A DNA stretch of 64,000 nt, taken from Octopus vulgaris. Taxonomy: Eukaryota. The translations under genes and the position numbers were made by a program. Below are positions 52,557-64,000 of the stretch, piece by piece. The notes beneath the pieces were generated by a model, which saw only the letters and a list, made by a program, of their open reading frames with translations, was not told the origin of the DNA and made no database searches. The stretch spans positions 149,544,001-149,608,000 of the forward strand of contig OX597816.1 of assembly GCA_951406725.2 (NCBI GenBank). The letters are read 5' to 3'. How positions within the stretch are numbered: position 1 is the first letter of the stretch; each line of letters begins with the position of its first letter.

Positions 52557-52888
52557 GATTTTTTCTTGTGGAGATACTTGAGAGGATTTACTTCAACAAA
52601 CTGGAGATCTTGGTGCAATATCAATAGAGAAATCAGAAAAGTGGGGTCTGAAACTCTTGAGGGTGTTATGGTGCAAGTTCTGGCAAGAGGATGGGTGTGC
52701 GAAGCCGAAAATGGCTGCCATTTAAGCTATGTCATTTTTCATGTGATGTAGTGGTGTTGCAAAATTTGAATTGTGCATATTAATTTCCATTATGTCCTTT
52801 ATATTGCATCAAAATTTCATGCATTTATTTGTAAAGTTAAGGAAGTTATTAAAAATTGAAACTCATTAGTGACTTTTGGGATACCCTG
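52557..52888 (+). mobile_element. Tc1-like transposon 3' end
   Basis: DFFLWRYL...CEAENGCHL remnant and terminal ..GGATACCCTG|TA. Confidence 0.6.
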
Positions 52889-55447
52889 TATGTATAAGGG
52901 AGAGATCTATAAATAGATAAATATATGATCTTGATTCATAAGAATAGTTCATAACTGTAGTTTAGAAACATTAATTAAATAGAAACCAATCTATGCAAAT
53001 TATTTCGATTGCCTTGGCAAGTAGATATTAGATTAAGTTTATTGAGGGCTCAATTTCTAAATAGATCTGTAAAGATATATTGGGTATTCATTTAGATTTA
53101 GGAATAATTAAGTCTTAATTTACTTCAAATTTATAAAATTATTTTTCTCAAAATGACTTTAAAAAATAAAATTGAAATGTGGCTCTTACTTGCAAAGGAG
53201 TATTGTTTTGATCATAAATTGACTTTATATTTCAATCAATATAAACACTTAAATTACAGGTGGTGGTGATTGGACAATAAAGAAAAGAATTTCTTCTGAA
53301 AATAAGTTGTTAATTCTACAGCTGTTGCCTAAAGTAATTCTATATAAGTGTATATATGTTATGTTGTAAATGTTTGGGGATTTAACAACTAAAGGATCAC
53401 AATTTTGACAAAACCGGTCCCATTTGTCTTTAGAGCAGCCCAAACCATAAATGATATGGTTAGACTGTATGTTTGGTTTTGTTCATTTTACATCAGTTTT
53501 ATCATACTACCATGTGTTGGATGAATATGTATTTAGACAATATTTTACAACCAGAGACCCTTCTTATTGCTAACCCTTACCTGTTTTTCAAATATTGGAT
53601 TTTTGTTTTGTTCCACTCTTCTTTGAAAGCACAGAAACAATTTATTTTTAAGTGTCAACAAGTGTCATGGTTTTGCTCAACATTTCATGCAAAGTCCCAA
53701 AATGGAAACTCACATATAAATCACAAGTTTCCATTTCATTCACAAAGCATTGGTTAGCCTGAAGCTATAGAAGACACTTGGCCCAGATTCCACACAATGA
53801 GATAGATCTTGATGCTGTTTAACCAAGCAAATTCTCTGTGTGTAATCATTTTATGTCCACTTTCCATGCTGGCAGGTGTTAATCGTACATTGTTATAGAT
53901 TTGGAAATAAATATATAAGAAAAATTGCATAATGCACCATAGAATTTGTAAAAGTTTGTATACGAATCAGAATCTTTACAGATCCCGTGTATAATCCCCA
54001 GCTATTGATGCTGAATGAAATTACAATACTATTTGAGAACAGTATATTTTCTTTGGAGTTCATTTTACATCCATTTTTTTTCAATTGATTGCTGGATGGG
54101 ACAGGTCTTTTCCAACATGGCATTTCATCACTTCTTGCATCAACTTCCTGAAATAATTTTCCTCAACTTCTGTATCTAGATATTTCTTCTACATCCACCT
54201 GTGCCAGCTCAGAATTCTCTCTTGCACACTATTTGTATTCCTCTATTGCCTAGTTTTCCTCTCACCTCATTTGGTGCCATCATTCAAGCACACTGACATT
54301 ACACATCCAACAGAGATGTTCACCTATTTCTTTCCTTAAAACATTTTACTTCTTACACAAGAATAATTCAATTTGTCTTGTATTTGAAGAGAGAATCCTT
54401 TTGTTACCAGCAGAAGTAATAGCTCTCTAATTTTTTTCCACAGTTGTTATTCTAGCTACTGTGCTTTGGAATTCTCTTCTTCACCCTTAGTTCTTTTACT
54501 AAGGTGACTTAATCATCAACTACTTCTTCAAGTGAACCTTCCAACCGCCTGAAAGAATACACTTCAAAGCTGTCCTTACTGTGCATGTGAAGTCTTTTTT
54601 CTGTTGTCCTGATTATAATCCTATTGTAACTCTTGTGCACCTATAGTTTACATTGTATACACTATATGGAATTTCTACCAACTCCTTTTCTGTATATTGA
54701 TGATGACCATTTTGCAGATTGCAGTAAAGTCCTGTCATTGATAGTGTAATTAGGAGCATGTTGACTTTACAATTACTGGCAGATCTTTCCAGGACAACCC
54801 CTCCCCCCACTTATGTAGAGAGGATGGTTAATAAACCTTCTTTCAGTAGGGCTCAAATCCATTTGAATCAAAATTTCTTCAACTATTAGTACTTTATGGC
54901 AGTCCTCAGTGCAATCAGCTATGGTCACATTATCAGAGGCTAGATTGCATCAGTGTGCAGCACCATCTGCTCTGTGGTCAAGAAACAGTTGTGAATTACA
55001 CACTATCAATGGTATCCTCTCTTTTCACTCCTGTACTTCTTGGCTCTCAAGCCTTTCTATGGAAACCAGAAGTATTGAATTTTATCCCATTTGAACTAAG
55101 ACAAAGGAAGACTATTACTATGTGTGAATGACTTCACCATCAAAGCATCAAACATGGAAATCAGTGTGGTGGGTAGTGTAATGAAGGAATATTAGGCTGA
55201 AACAGAAGCACATATTAACCAGGACAAGTTGGTGAATTTCTATTTCATTACTTGGATAAGAAAACCCATGCTGGCAGCATCACACGTCACTGGACCATAG
55301 GCCATGTTAAGATGTCTGGGATCTGATTTGGGTCAGATCTCCTATTAGATACGAATTAAGATGAAGTTAAAAGCAGGGTAATTGGTCTCATCTTGAAATG
55401 GGTTGAAAGGAAATTGAAGGTCAGGTTGAGATGCCAAATATATCCAT

Positions 55448-56510
55448 TATCATCATCATCGTTTAACGTCTGCCTTCCATGCTAGCATGGGTGGGACGGT
55501 TTCACAAGAGCTGGCCAGGCAGAAGCCTGCACCAAACTTCTGTGACTGTTTTGTCAGGATTTTTACAGCCGGATGCCCTTCCTAACACCAACCACTTTAT
55601 AGGGTGGACTGGGTGCTTTTAAGTGGCACCTGCACTGACGGGGTCACCAAGTACTTGTAAGACAAAAAAAAACTTTCAGGGGGGGAGGGGACATGGGAGG
55701 AGGAGATCTTGTGTTGGATGATGAAAGGTTATAGTGAGACAGAAACAGGTGTCTTCCTGTAGAGGAAGTACAAGGTTACCCAGCCAGAGAGAGAGAGATC
55801 AGGAATGAAGACAGAAACAAGTGCACTACCACAAAAGAAATACATGGTTACCCAACCTGAGGGAAGTGCAAGAGAAGGAGAGAGAGATGGAGGCAAAATG
55901 CTAGGCATACTCACTCACAAGGGACAAGGATCAGAATATAAATGGGATGGTTAAGTAAAGAAAGAGAGAAATCTAGATGGTGTTAAGTGTCAAAGCAGAC
56001 CCTTGAGGTTTGAATGCCATAATATAAGTTGCAGGGTATTGCGAAGGGAGTGTGACTAAAGAGTGCAGAGTGGGGGGAAGGGGGTGGCGAATACCTGGGT
56101 ATATATAGTCAGGATTGGGGAGTGGGAGGTAAGCAGAGTGCATGAAGCAGAAATGTGAGGAAGAGAAGAAATGTAGAGACTGTTTGGTTTGTAGAGTGTG
56201 TGAGAAGTTTTCTTGTTAAGTGTAGGTGAGACACACGCTGCTTCTATAAGTCAGTTTTGGTTGGGTCATCTCTAGAACTTCGTATCATCAGACATTTCAG
56301 TCCATTGTCATTTCCTTCGTGAGGCCCAACATCCTGAGATTGGTCCTTACCACTTCATTCCATGTTTTCCTGGGTTTCCCTCTTTTACAGGTACCATCTA
56401 CTTTCAGTGATTGGCACTTCTTTATGCAGCTGTCCTCATTCATACATATCACATGTCCAAACCAACATAGTCTTCTCTCTTGCATGCTACATTTGATTCC
56501 TTTTATGCCA
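55448..56510 (-). mobile_element. RTE LINE 3' end
   Basis: ORF fragment MQERRLCWFGHVICMNEDSCIKKC..RGKPRKTWNEVV, followed by 3' UTR and (CAT)n tail at 55448. Confidence 0.8.
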
Positions 56511-59277
56511 CTCAATAATCAGGGATTGAACCATGTTAAACTTATGAATTGATTTGTGATAACATGAGTCAGTGATCAATCAAAGACTCTGCATGGGCTA
56601 CAAAAGTATGCCTCACTGATCATTTACAATACTGAGGACAACTTGAAACAAAGCCTATTCTCTCCAGATGTTCTATTTATTTATCACTGATTCATTTAAC
56701 ACATTTGTTTTTTGGGTTTTTTTTGTTGTTGTTTTTTTAAATCCAAATGCTCATGATAGACAAAGATAGATATACCATTATTGTGCTGGATTGATTCTGT
56801 TAACTGTAGCTTTTCCATAGAATATAAGAACACATTGTAAGTGTTGAATTATTATCACTGTCAGAAAGGGAGCAGAAACATTACTGTCAGGCTTAATAAC
56901 TTCACGTCCTGCATTCTTAGTTCAAATCCTGGTAGTTAATTTCACCCTTCTTTCACTCCAGGACTAATAAAATAAGTACCAGTCTTGTGTTGGTTTGATT
57001 AGATTGAATGCAGGCCTCCCCTACAAATGTGTCGGCTTCTATTTGTGTGTAAAGTTGTGAAATGGCAGAACTAATAGAATGCTGAACAATATTGAATTCC
57101 ATCCTATTTTCTGACTACAGTGTGTGTGTGTGGCTATGCTGGTATTTAAACACTTGGCTATGCTGCAAGGAGTTTAAAAGATTACAATTTTTGAAGTTCT
57201 CCTTAAATCCACGACATAGTGTGTATATGATACACATGTATATCAGTTCAAAAATACCATCCAGTATTATCAGTAGTGATTTTTAGATTTTTAGAAACTG
57301 TTATTTTCATTTTCTCACATTTTGGGCAAAATTTCAGCACTTATTCACTTACGCATGTAATATTTTTTTTAGTCATTATCTCCAACTTTATATAATTCTT
57401 TTTCAAATAGTCTTCAGATTCTTTTTGTTTTAATCCGAAACTGCTAGAGGTTAAGGTGTTTATGGCTGAAGTATTTTTCTTTGGATATAAATACTTTATT
57501 TGCAATTGAATACATTAGTTACTTCACTTTCAGCAAATTTAGAATATTATTTAGTTTCAATTTATTATAGGATTATCATCAACATTATTTAACATCTGTT
57601 TTCCATGCTGGCATGGATTGGGCTGTTTGACAGGAGCTGACCAGCTGGAGAGCTAGCTCTGGATGAAGATGTAATTAAAAATAACAAAATATATTCATAC
57701 ACTTCAAATGCAAAGAATATTTATATTCAGTATTGCAGCAGTAATATCTCCTTAACCTAATAAATTTATGATAAAAATTAGATTAATTTTTTTTAATTGA
57801 AAGCAAATTTAGAGATTTTAGATAATCTCAAATTTTCAAAACAAAAAACCTGAAGACTATTACTAGAAAAAGTGATAGTAAAAAAAGTGACAAGGTTGGA
57901 GCTTTTAAAAATCCATATGTGAACAAATAAGTGACAAAATTCCAGTTTGCATGGTGTCTGAAAATGTTTGTTACTTTTCTGAAAAATGTTTTTTAACCTC
58001 GCGCATATATTGTTAAATTGTGAGAGTTTTGCTATTAATATTATTTGTTATAATTAACAATTACACTTTATTATTTGTCTGCAAAAGAAAGACAATTTGT
58101 CTATTATTGAAATGATATACAAATGCATATATAATGGAATTGGGAGGAACTGGTAGCACATCTGGTCAGATGTTTTTTAACATTTTAATTAGTAGCCTCT
58201 CATGTGTGAGTTCAAGCCCAGCAAGGCTAACTTTTTTCTCCAATTTACTAGGTACCACTTATATACTAGAATGATTCAAATGACTGCAACACTTCTCTAG
58301 AAAAGAAATTACACACACATTAAGCAAATTAAAATGCATTAAGGCAAATCCAGGATTAAGATTACTGGAGTAGCAAGCATAATTTGATGACCAAAAAAAA
58401 ACTCATAAAAATTGAGATAGTCACTCTTGTGCACTAAAACAAATTAATTAGCTGGATCCATCACAGACAATCATTTAATATTCACTTTTCCCTGTTTGCA
58501 TGAGTCAAACAGAATTCCTTGAGGCAGGTTTTCTACAGCCAGATGCCCTTCTTGTTGCCAACCCCTACCTATTTCCAAGTAAGGTAATGTTTCCCTATGG
58601 CCATACATGTTTTTCATGGTATGCTGGAAACACACAACATTGTTTGCATGACAATTATGCTCATTTACAACCTCTGTGTGCTGTCTAGACAAGAGCACAC
58701 ACACACACACAATGGACTGCTTTCTGTTGATATATTCGTAAAATTATATAGGGTAGTGAAAAGTTTTAGAAATTTCACCACCAGTCGCCTAGCATGTATA
58801 AGAAGTCAATAGACAACAAATTCAATATAAAATATATATATTGTTATATATATATATATATATAAAACAATAATCCCAAAATAGTGTAATGATAAACTCT
58901 CTGATAGCAGTTAACTCTTATGTCTGCTGGACTGAAAAATTCTTCCAACCACTACACTTCAGAGACATCACAAGTTTCCATACTTAAATTATTTTCATAA
59001 GTGTATATCATCTAATTTGTTTAATATACATGCTTCACACAAAAGATCATGGGTCAATTCTAAGTGAGGTGAATTCTGTAAAACTTTGGTAGAAATCAAT
59101 TTCCAATCACACAGGAATGTATTGCTTGATTTTACACTCTTTTATTGCATGCATGTACTGAGAATTCCTGTTTTTGTACTAATGTGAAACCAAATTCATG
59201 CACTGTGTGTGTGTGTGTTTATATGTGTATGCCACATATATACATACATGTGTGTGTGTATCTCATACATATGTGTA

Positions 59278-59318
<41 letters not shown>

Positions 59319-59491
59319 GTGCGTCTTTGTACATATGTATGCATGTGTGTATACTGATAAATATATAGTCTCACATATACACACATATATATGTATATTC
59401 TATACATTCACAAGTGACATTTGTGTGTGTGTGCGTTGCGAATGTCTTCAATGATTTGTGTTTCTATTTTCATGTTTTGTATCACTTGCAG

Positions 59492-59531
59492 ACGCATCGA
59501 AAATTCTACTAAATGCCCTAGTCCATGGCAG
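59492..59531 (+). CDS. Candidate downstream exon (40 nt) of PRR5-like gene
   Basis: Good acceptor (ttttgtatcacttgcag) and donor (CAG|GTAATG). Open in phase 1 (DASKILLNALVHG) and phase 2 (RIENSTKCPSPWQ). No homology support. Confidence 0.4.
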
Positions 59532-61504
59532 GTAATGTAATTGATTTCTATGACACTGTTCCTTTTGAACCGGTGCCAATCTGTTTCTAGATCCTTCATA
59601 TCATGCAGTTCATTTTGCCACTGCTATTTTCTGCCTCTCTCTCTTTTTTCCTTTCTCTCTCATTTTTAGAAATACTATTCTTTATCTGTTCTTTCATGCT
59701 CTCTCTTTCTTGCTTTCTTTCTCTTGCTGCCATTTAGCTTATTTTAGCTGTGCATGAATAAATTGTTTAATGAAAATGCTATCACAATCCAAACTTGTAC
59801 TTAATTTAATCTTGAACTGCACAGTATAATCCCTGTTCATTAACATATACTTCTCACAGTCAAACTTTAGTTTATTACACTGAAAAGCTCAAAAAATCAA
59901 CATATGTACCATAATTATATATTTATATACAGATCCACTAATAACATATCAGTTTGATACTTTATGAAAATTTTAATTATGTATGATAATTTTGTTAAAT
60001 CATCAAATTCTTTAGTGTTACCACTACTTACATTGGGATATTTTACCACTTACTGAACATAAAAATAAACTTGTCTTCTAAACATCTGCACTGAAACAAG
60101 ACCAGAGGACAATTTAAACTTAGTAACAAGCAGAACAATTATATAATGTCTTTAGGAAAAATATGAGCGTCATAGCTGCTCCTAATATTTGCTATTAATT
60201 ATAGAGTTCAGCTTTGCTAACAGTTATGAATTCTAACTACTGACTGTATTTATAGCTAAGTGGATTGAACCAAAAATGTTTGACATAGTTCAGTATTAGT
60301 GTCAGAATATATCTTGATTCAGCAGCTAGTTGCCAACATTCCCATTAACTCAACCAGAAATTATCAATACTGATCAAGCAGACCTATCATCGACAGTGCT
60401 CCAGCCATGACCATCCCATAGTTTTAATGATACCTAAGACTGCATTACGTATTCTGTCCTTTTTTTACTTAAGATAGTAGGTAGTGATTTGAGGGAGATT
60501 TGGCTGTTATTTCTTGGAACAGAAATGACCTAGAAGCTCCTTCATTGTTTTGTAGTCCAAAAGTGATTACATAATAAACTAGAAAACTCAAATGCATGTG
60601 TTCATTAAGCCTTTTATTTTCTTATCAATAATGCTTCTAATGCTCTCTGCATGACCTGATAAAATTATTCCAAATTATCCAGTGCTTATTGTCTGTTCTG
60701 TGTAGATCTGTCCAATCAGTTGATGGCTTTGGTGACTTAGTGCCTCATTAGATCCTACCAACTTCTTTCATTTGTATCATTATTGGTTAGTCTTGTGGCT
60801 TATTCCTAATTAATTTTTTTCTTTTTACTTGGACTTATAAAATCATTTCTCTTTTATCAAAAATTGGTCTTTTTTTCTTCTAGGTACTTTTTTGTCTTTT
60901 ATATGTATGTGACAGTGATATTTAACTTAATAGGTGTCATTTTATATTTTATTATTTATTGTTTTACTTGAAACCTTTCTGACTAATTGTTTGTCTTAAT
61001 AACTAATTGTCCCACCACCAATTATAACTCTAATGATCAAAAGTATGCTATCATTTTGGGCTGTCACATATCATATGATCAAATGTGATTGGCTTCATCT
61101 GCATCTTGAGTCACCTCTAACAAGACTGACTAATCAGTGTTACTAATGTATAAACCTACACATCAGGATGGGGATGAAAACAGAAGAGTGTTCAATTTGA
61201 CATTGCTGGCGGTAGGACTAAACCTAAAGCCATGTTTGACAAACATGTTACTATATAATGTAACACAAATACACACATATATAATTGGTTCTCAGTATTT
61301 TGGATGAAATGTGATGTAATATTTTGTTCCAGCTTCCTAGAAATATGGTGCCCCAGCATGGCCACGGCCTTCAGGCTAAAACATTTTTAAGGATTTTAAG
61401 TAAATTGTATATAATGCTCAGATGGATTACTCATCAGAAAAGGTAGCCTAAAGTGCATGTGCAGTACTTAGAATAATGCACACAAAGTGGACAATGAATG
61501 AGGC

Positions 61505-63130
61505 ATTTAAAAAAGAAAGGTGTAGGGGACATCAGGTGTACTGTTGGTGAATTTCAGGAAGTATGGAAGTTTTGAAAGATGAAGTGTCTTGACAGCTAAC
61601 AACTGATACAGGTAGTTTATTCCATGCTTCAGTAACTCTGAGTGTGTAAAATGTTTCTGAAGGTTAGGAGTGCTGTGTTGTTTCGATTTTGTAAGCATAT
61701 CTATAGGTGTTAGACATGGAATTCAAAAAGGTGCCCAAAGTTGTTGTTGGAAAGATGGTGGATAATTTTGTGAGTGTTTACCAAGTTAGTTGCTAGACAC
61801 TGGAGCCTTAATGTGTCCATGCCCAAGGAGGCAGGACATTTATAGTATGGTAGATACCTGACAGTGGGTATTCATCTAGTTGCATGTTTCTGAACAGTTC
61901 CCAAGAGATTGAGATGGTGATAAAGGTTCCAGAGTGGTGAAGCAAACTCTAAATATGGACACACCATAGCCATATATACTACTTTAAATAGATAGCTAGA
62001 GAGTAGCTGACAAAGGTATTACTGAGTGATGCTAAGACACCCACAGCTTTCTTAACAATTTTAAAGATGTGGTTTGTCCAATACAAATTGCTGTTGACAA
62101 TAATACCCAGATCACATTCATTAGCAGACTTCTTAAGATTAATGTTGTAGAGGGAGTATTAAAAGTTGAGTTTTTCCTCCCAAAATGAATGGTGGTGCCT
62201 TGTCTACAGCCAGCTTGAGTTGCTAGTTAGTAATCCATTGCCGCACTGTGTCCAGGTCTGATTGCAGGGAAGATCTGTAGCATATAGGACCTGTTCTTTT
62301 AATTTCAAGATACAACTTGGTGTTATGTGCATAGAACAGATTCCTGTGGTTGACTAGATGTCATCTCATAATGAAAGAGTGCTGTCCTAGAACATGACTA
62401 CCTCTTTTCAACCAAAAATGAAGGGCTTCAACCAGTTATAGAGATCATCTTTCACACCTATTCCAGAGAGTTAGTTTTTCTATAAGTCCTTTGTGTAGCA
62501 CACAACTGAAGATTTCAGCAAAGTTAAGATAGATAACATCCACCCATAAGCTACCATCAGTGATTCAGTTGATGTCTTCAAGAAACTCAATGTGTTGGCC
62601 ACAGCAGCAGGAGGTTTGATATAAGTCCCAAATTGTGAAAGTCTAATAAGGCTGTGAGAGTTCCAGAGTGTTTCTCTGACACCAGACTCATCAGTTTGGC
62701 AATGCAGTTTGTAAGACTGATTGGACAATAGTTGACAGGTGATGTGCAATCACCCTTTTGACACTGGTGATTTTCCACTGCTCTGGAGTGACACAGTTAT
62801 TAAGACAGAATTAGAAAAAGAATGAAAGCTGGTGTGAAAGAAAGAAGCCACCATGTTTGTGAAGCAGTAAAGTAACATGATCAAGACCAGGAAAGGCATA
62901 GTTGCCTTATTCTTGAAGAGGTGTCTCAGCATTGCAGGTATATATTTCACAGATGTTATAGAATTTGATGTCAGAGGTTGTAAAGATGGTACATTTGAAT
63001 TTTCAACACTAAAAATGCCAACATAACATTCAGCAATAAGTCCTATGCATTCTTTGTAATATGATCTGTGTGGGGATTGCAAATAGAGCCAACTAGAGAG
63101 TGAGGTGTCTGCTTTGCATGTACATATTTC
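61505..63130 (-). mobile_element. CR1-clade LINE 3' part
   Basis: KGDCTSPVNYCPISLT and FYAHNTKL (degraded YADD); same family as 46625-48030. Confidence 0.8.
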
Positions 63131-63216
63131 CAGAACACTTTGCTGTCAGTGTTGGTTACTATGCATTGTTCAAATTCAAACACATCCTTTTCATGTCACC
63201 TGCTCTTTTGAATTAG

Positions 63217-63378
<162 letters not shown>

Positions 63379-64000
63379 TAAATACGCTGTAAAATTCTTG
63401 TATGAAAAATTATGTAGTTAATGAACAACTTCATACCAGCACATAGCACAGACTATCAGTACTAAATCCGTCGGCAAGTGGTTAGAAATTGGTGGGTTGA
63501 GAGGGTGAGCACTTCAGACCATTACTGAAAGCATGGTACTTGCCAATACAAAATAATCCTCATTTGTATGTCACTGCTGTAGATATGTATGTGTGTATGT
63601 ATGCCAATTGAGCTAAGATTTTTTCTTCATTATGGTCTACAAAGAGGTTTTCATAACTGTACTTTATATTCTGGAGTTTCCTTGACCTGTTTCTGGTTTC
63701 TTGTAAGATCCAGGTTATCCCTGTTGAAGTAACTGGCTGTAGGCTAGAAAGACTCCAGAGTGTCGGGCCACTGGATCAAGTTAAATAAACTGTGTGTGTA
63801 TTGTCATTATTTAACACCTGTCTTCTATGCTGGCATGGGTTGGATGATTTGACAGGATCCAATAAGTTGGAGGACTGTCATGCTCCAGGTTCATAGCTTG
63901 ATAGTTAGTGTTTGACCCATGATTATAACATCATAAGTTCAATTCCTGAGCCAGGAATTGAAAGTATATACTGTGTCCTTGAGCAAGGTATTTCATTTCA

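Noticed and set aside
57662-58075. AT-rich MITE with weak TIRs
   Set aside because: Terminal similarity is too degenerate and no TSD is identifiable.

Overview
AT-rich, repeat-dense animal genomic DNA. The SINE, RTE and CR1 content resembles octopus/cephalopod repeats (inference from repeat families). I find one protein-coding gene on the + strand, a PRR5/PRR5L (Protor, mTORC2 subunit) homologue. Seven GT-AG exons between 32799 and 45792 splice into one open reading frame. There is a candidate first coding exon at 19718-19860 and a candidate downstream exon at 59492-59531, and the gene probably continues beyond the window. The remainder is mostly transposon relics: an Hsmar1-like mariner with intact TIRs, other Tc1/mariner and pogo remnants, hAT-type and GG-ended MITEs, Helitron/Helentron pieces, RTE and CR1 LINEs, tRNA-derived SINEs, mini/microsatellites and several long palindromes. 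The most notable non-coding signals are minimal type I hammerhead ribozyme motifs in Penelope-like relics: an inverted pair at 11507-11641 and a canonical one at 14429-14492. Nearly all ORFs in the supplied track are spurious or transposon fragments.
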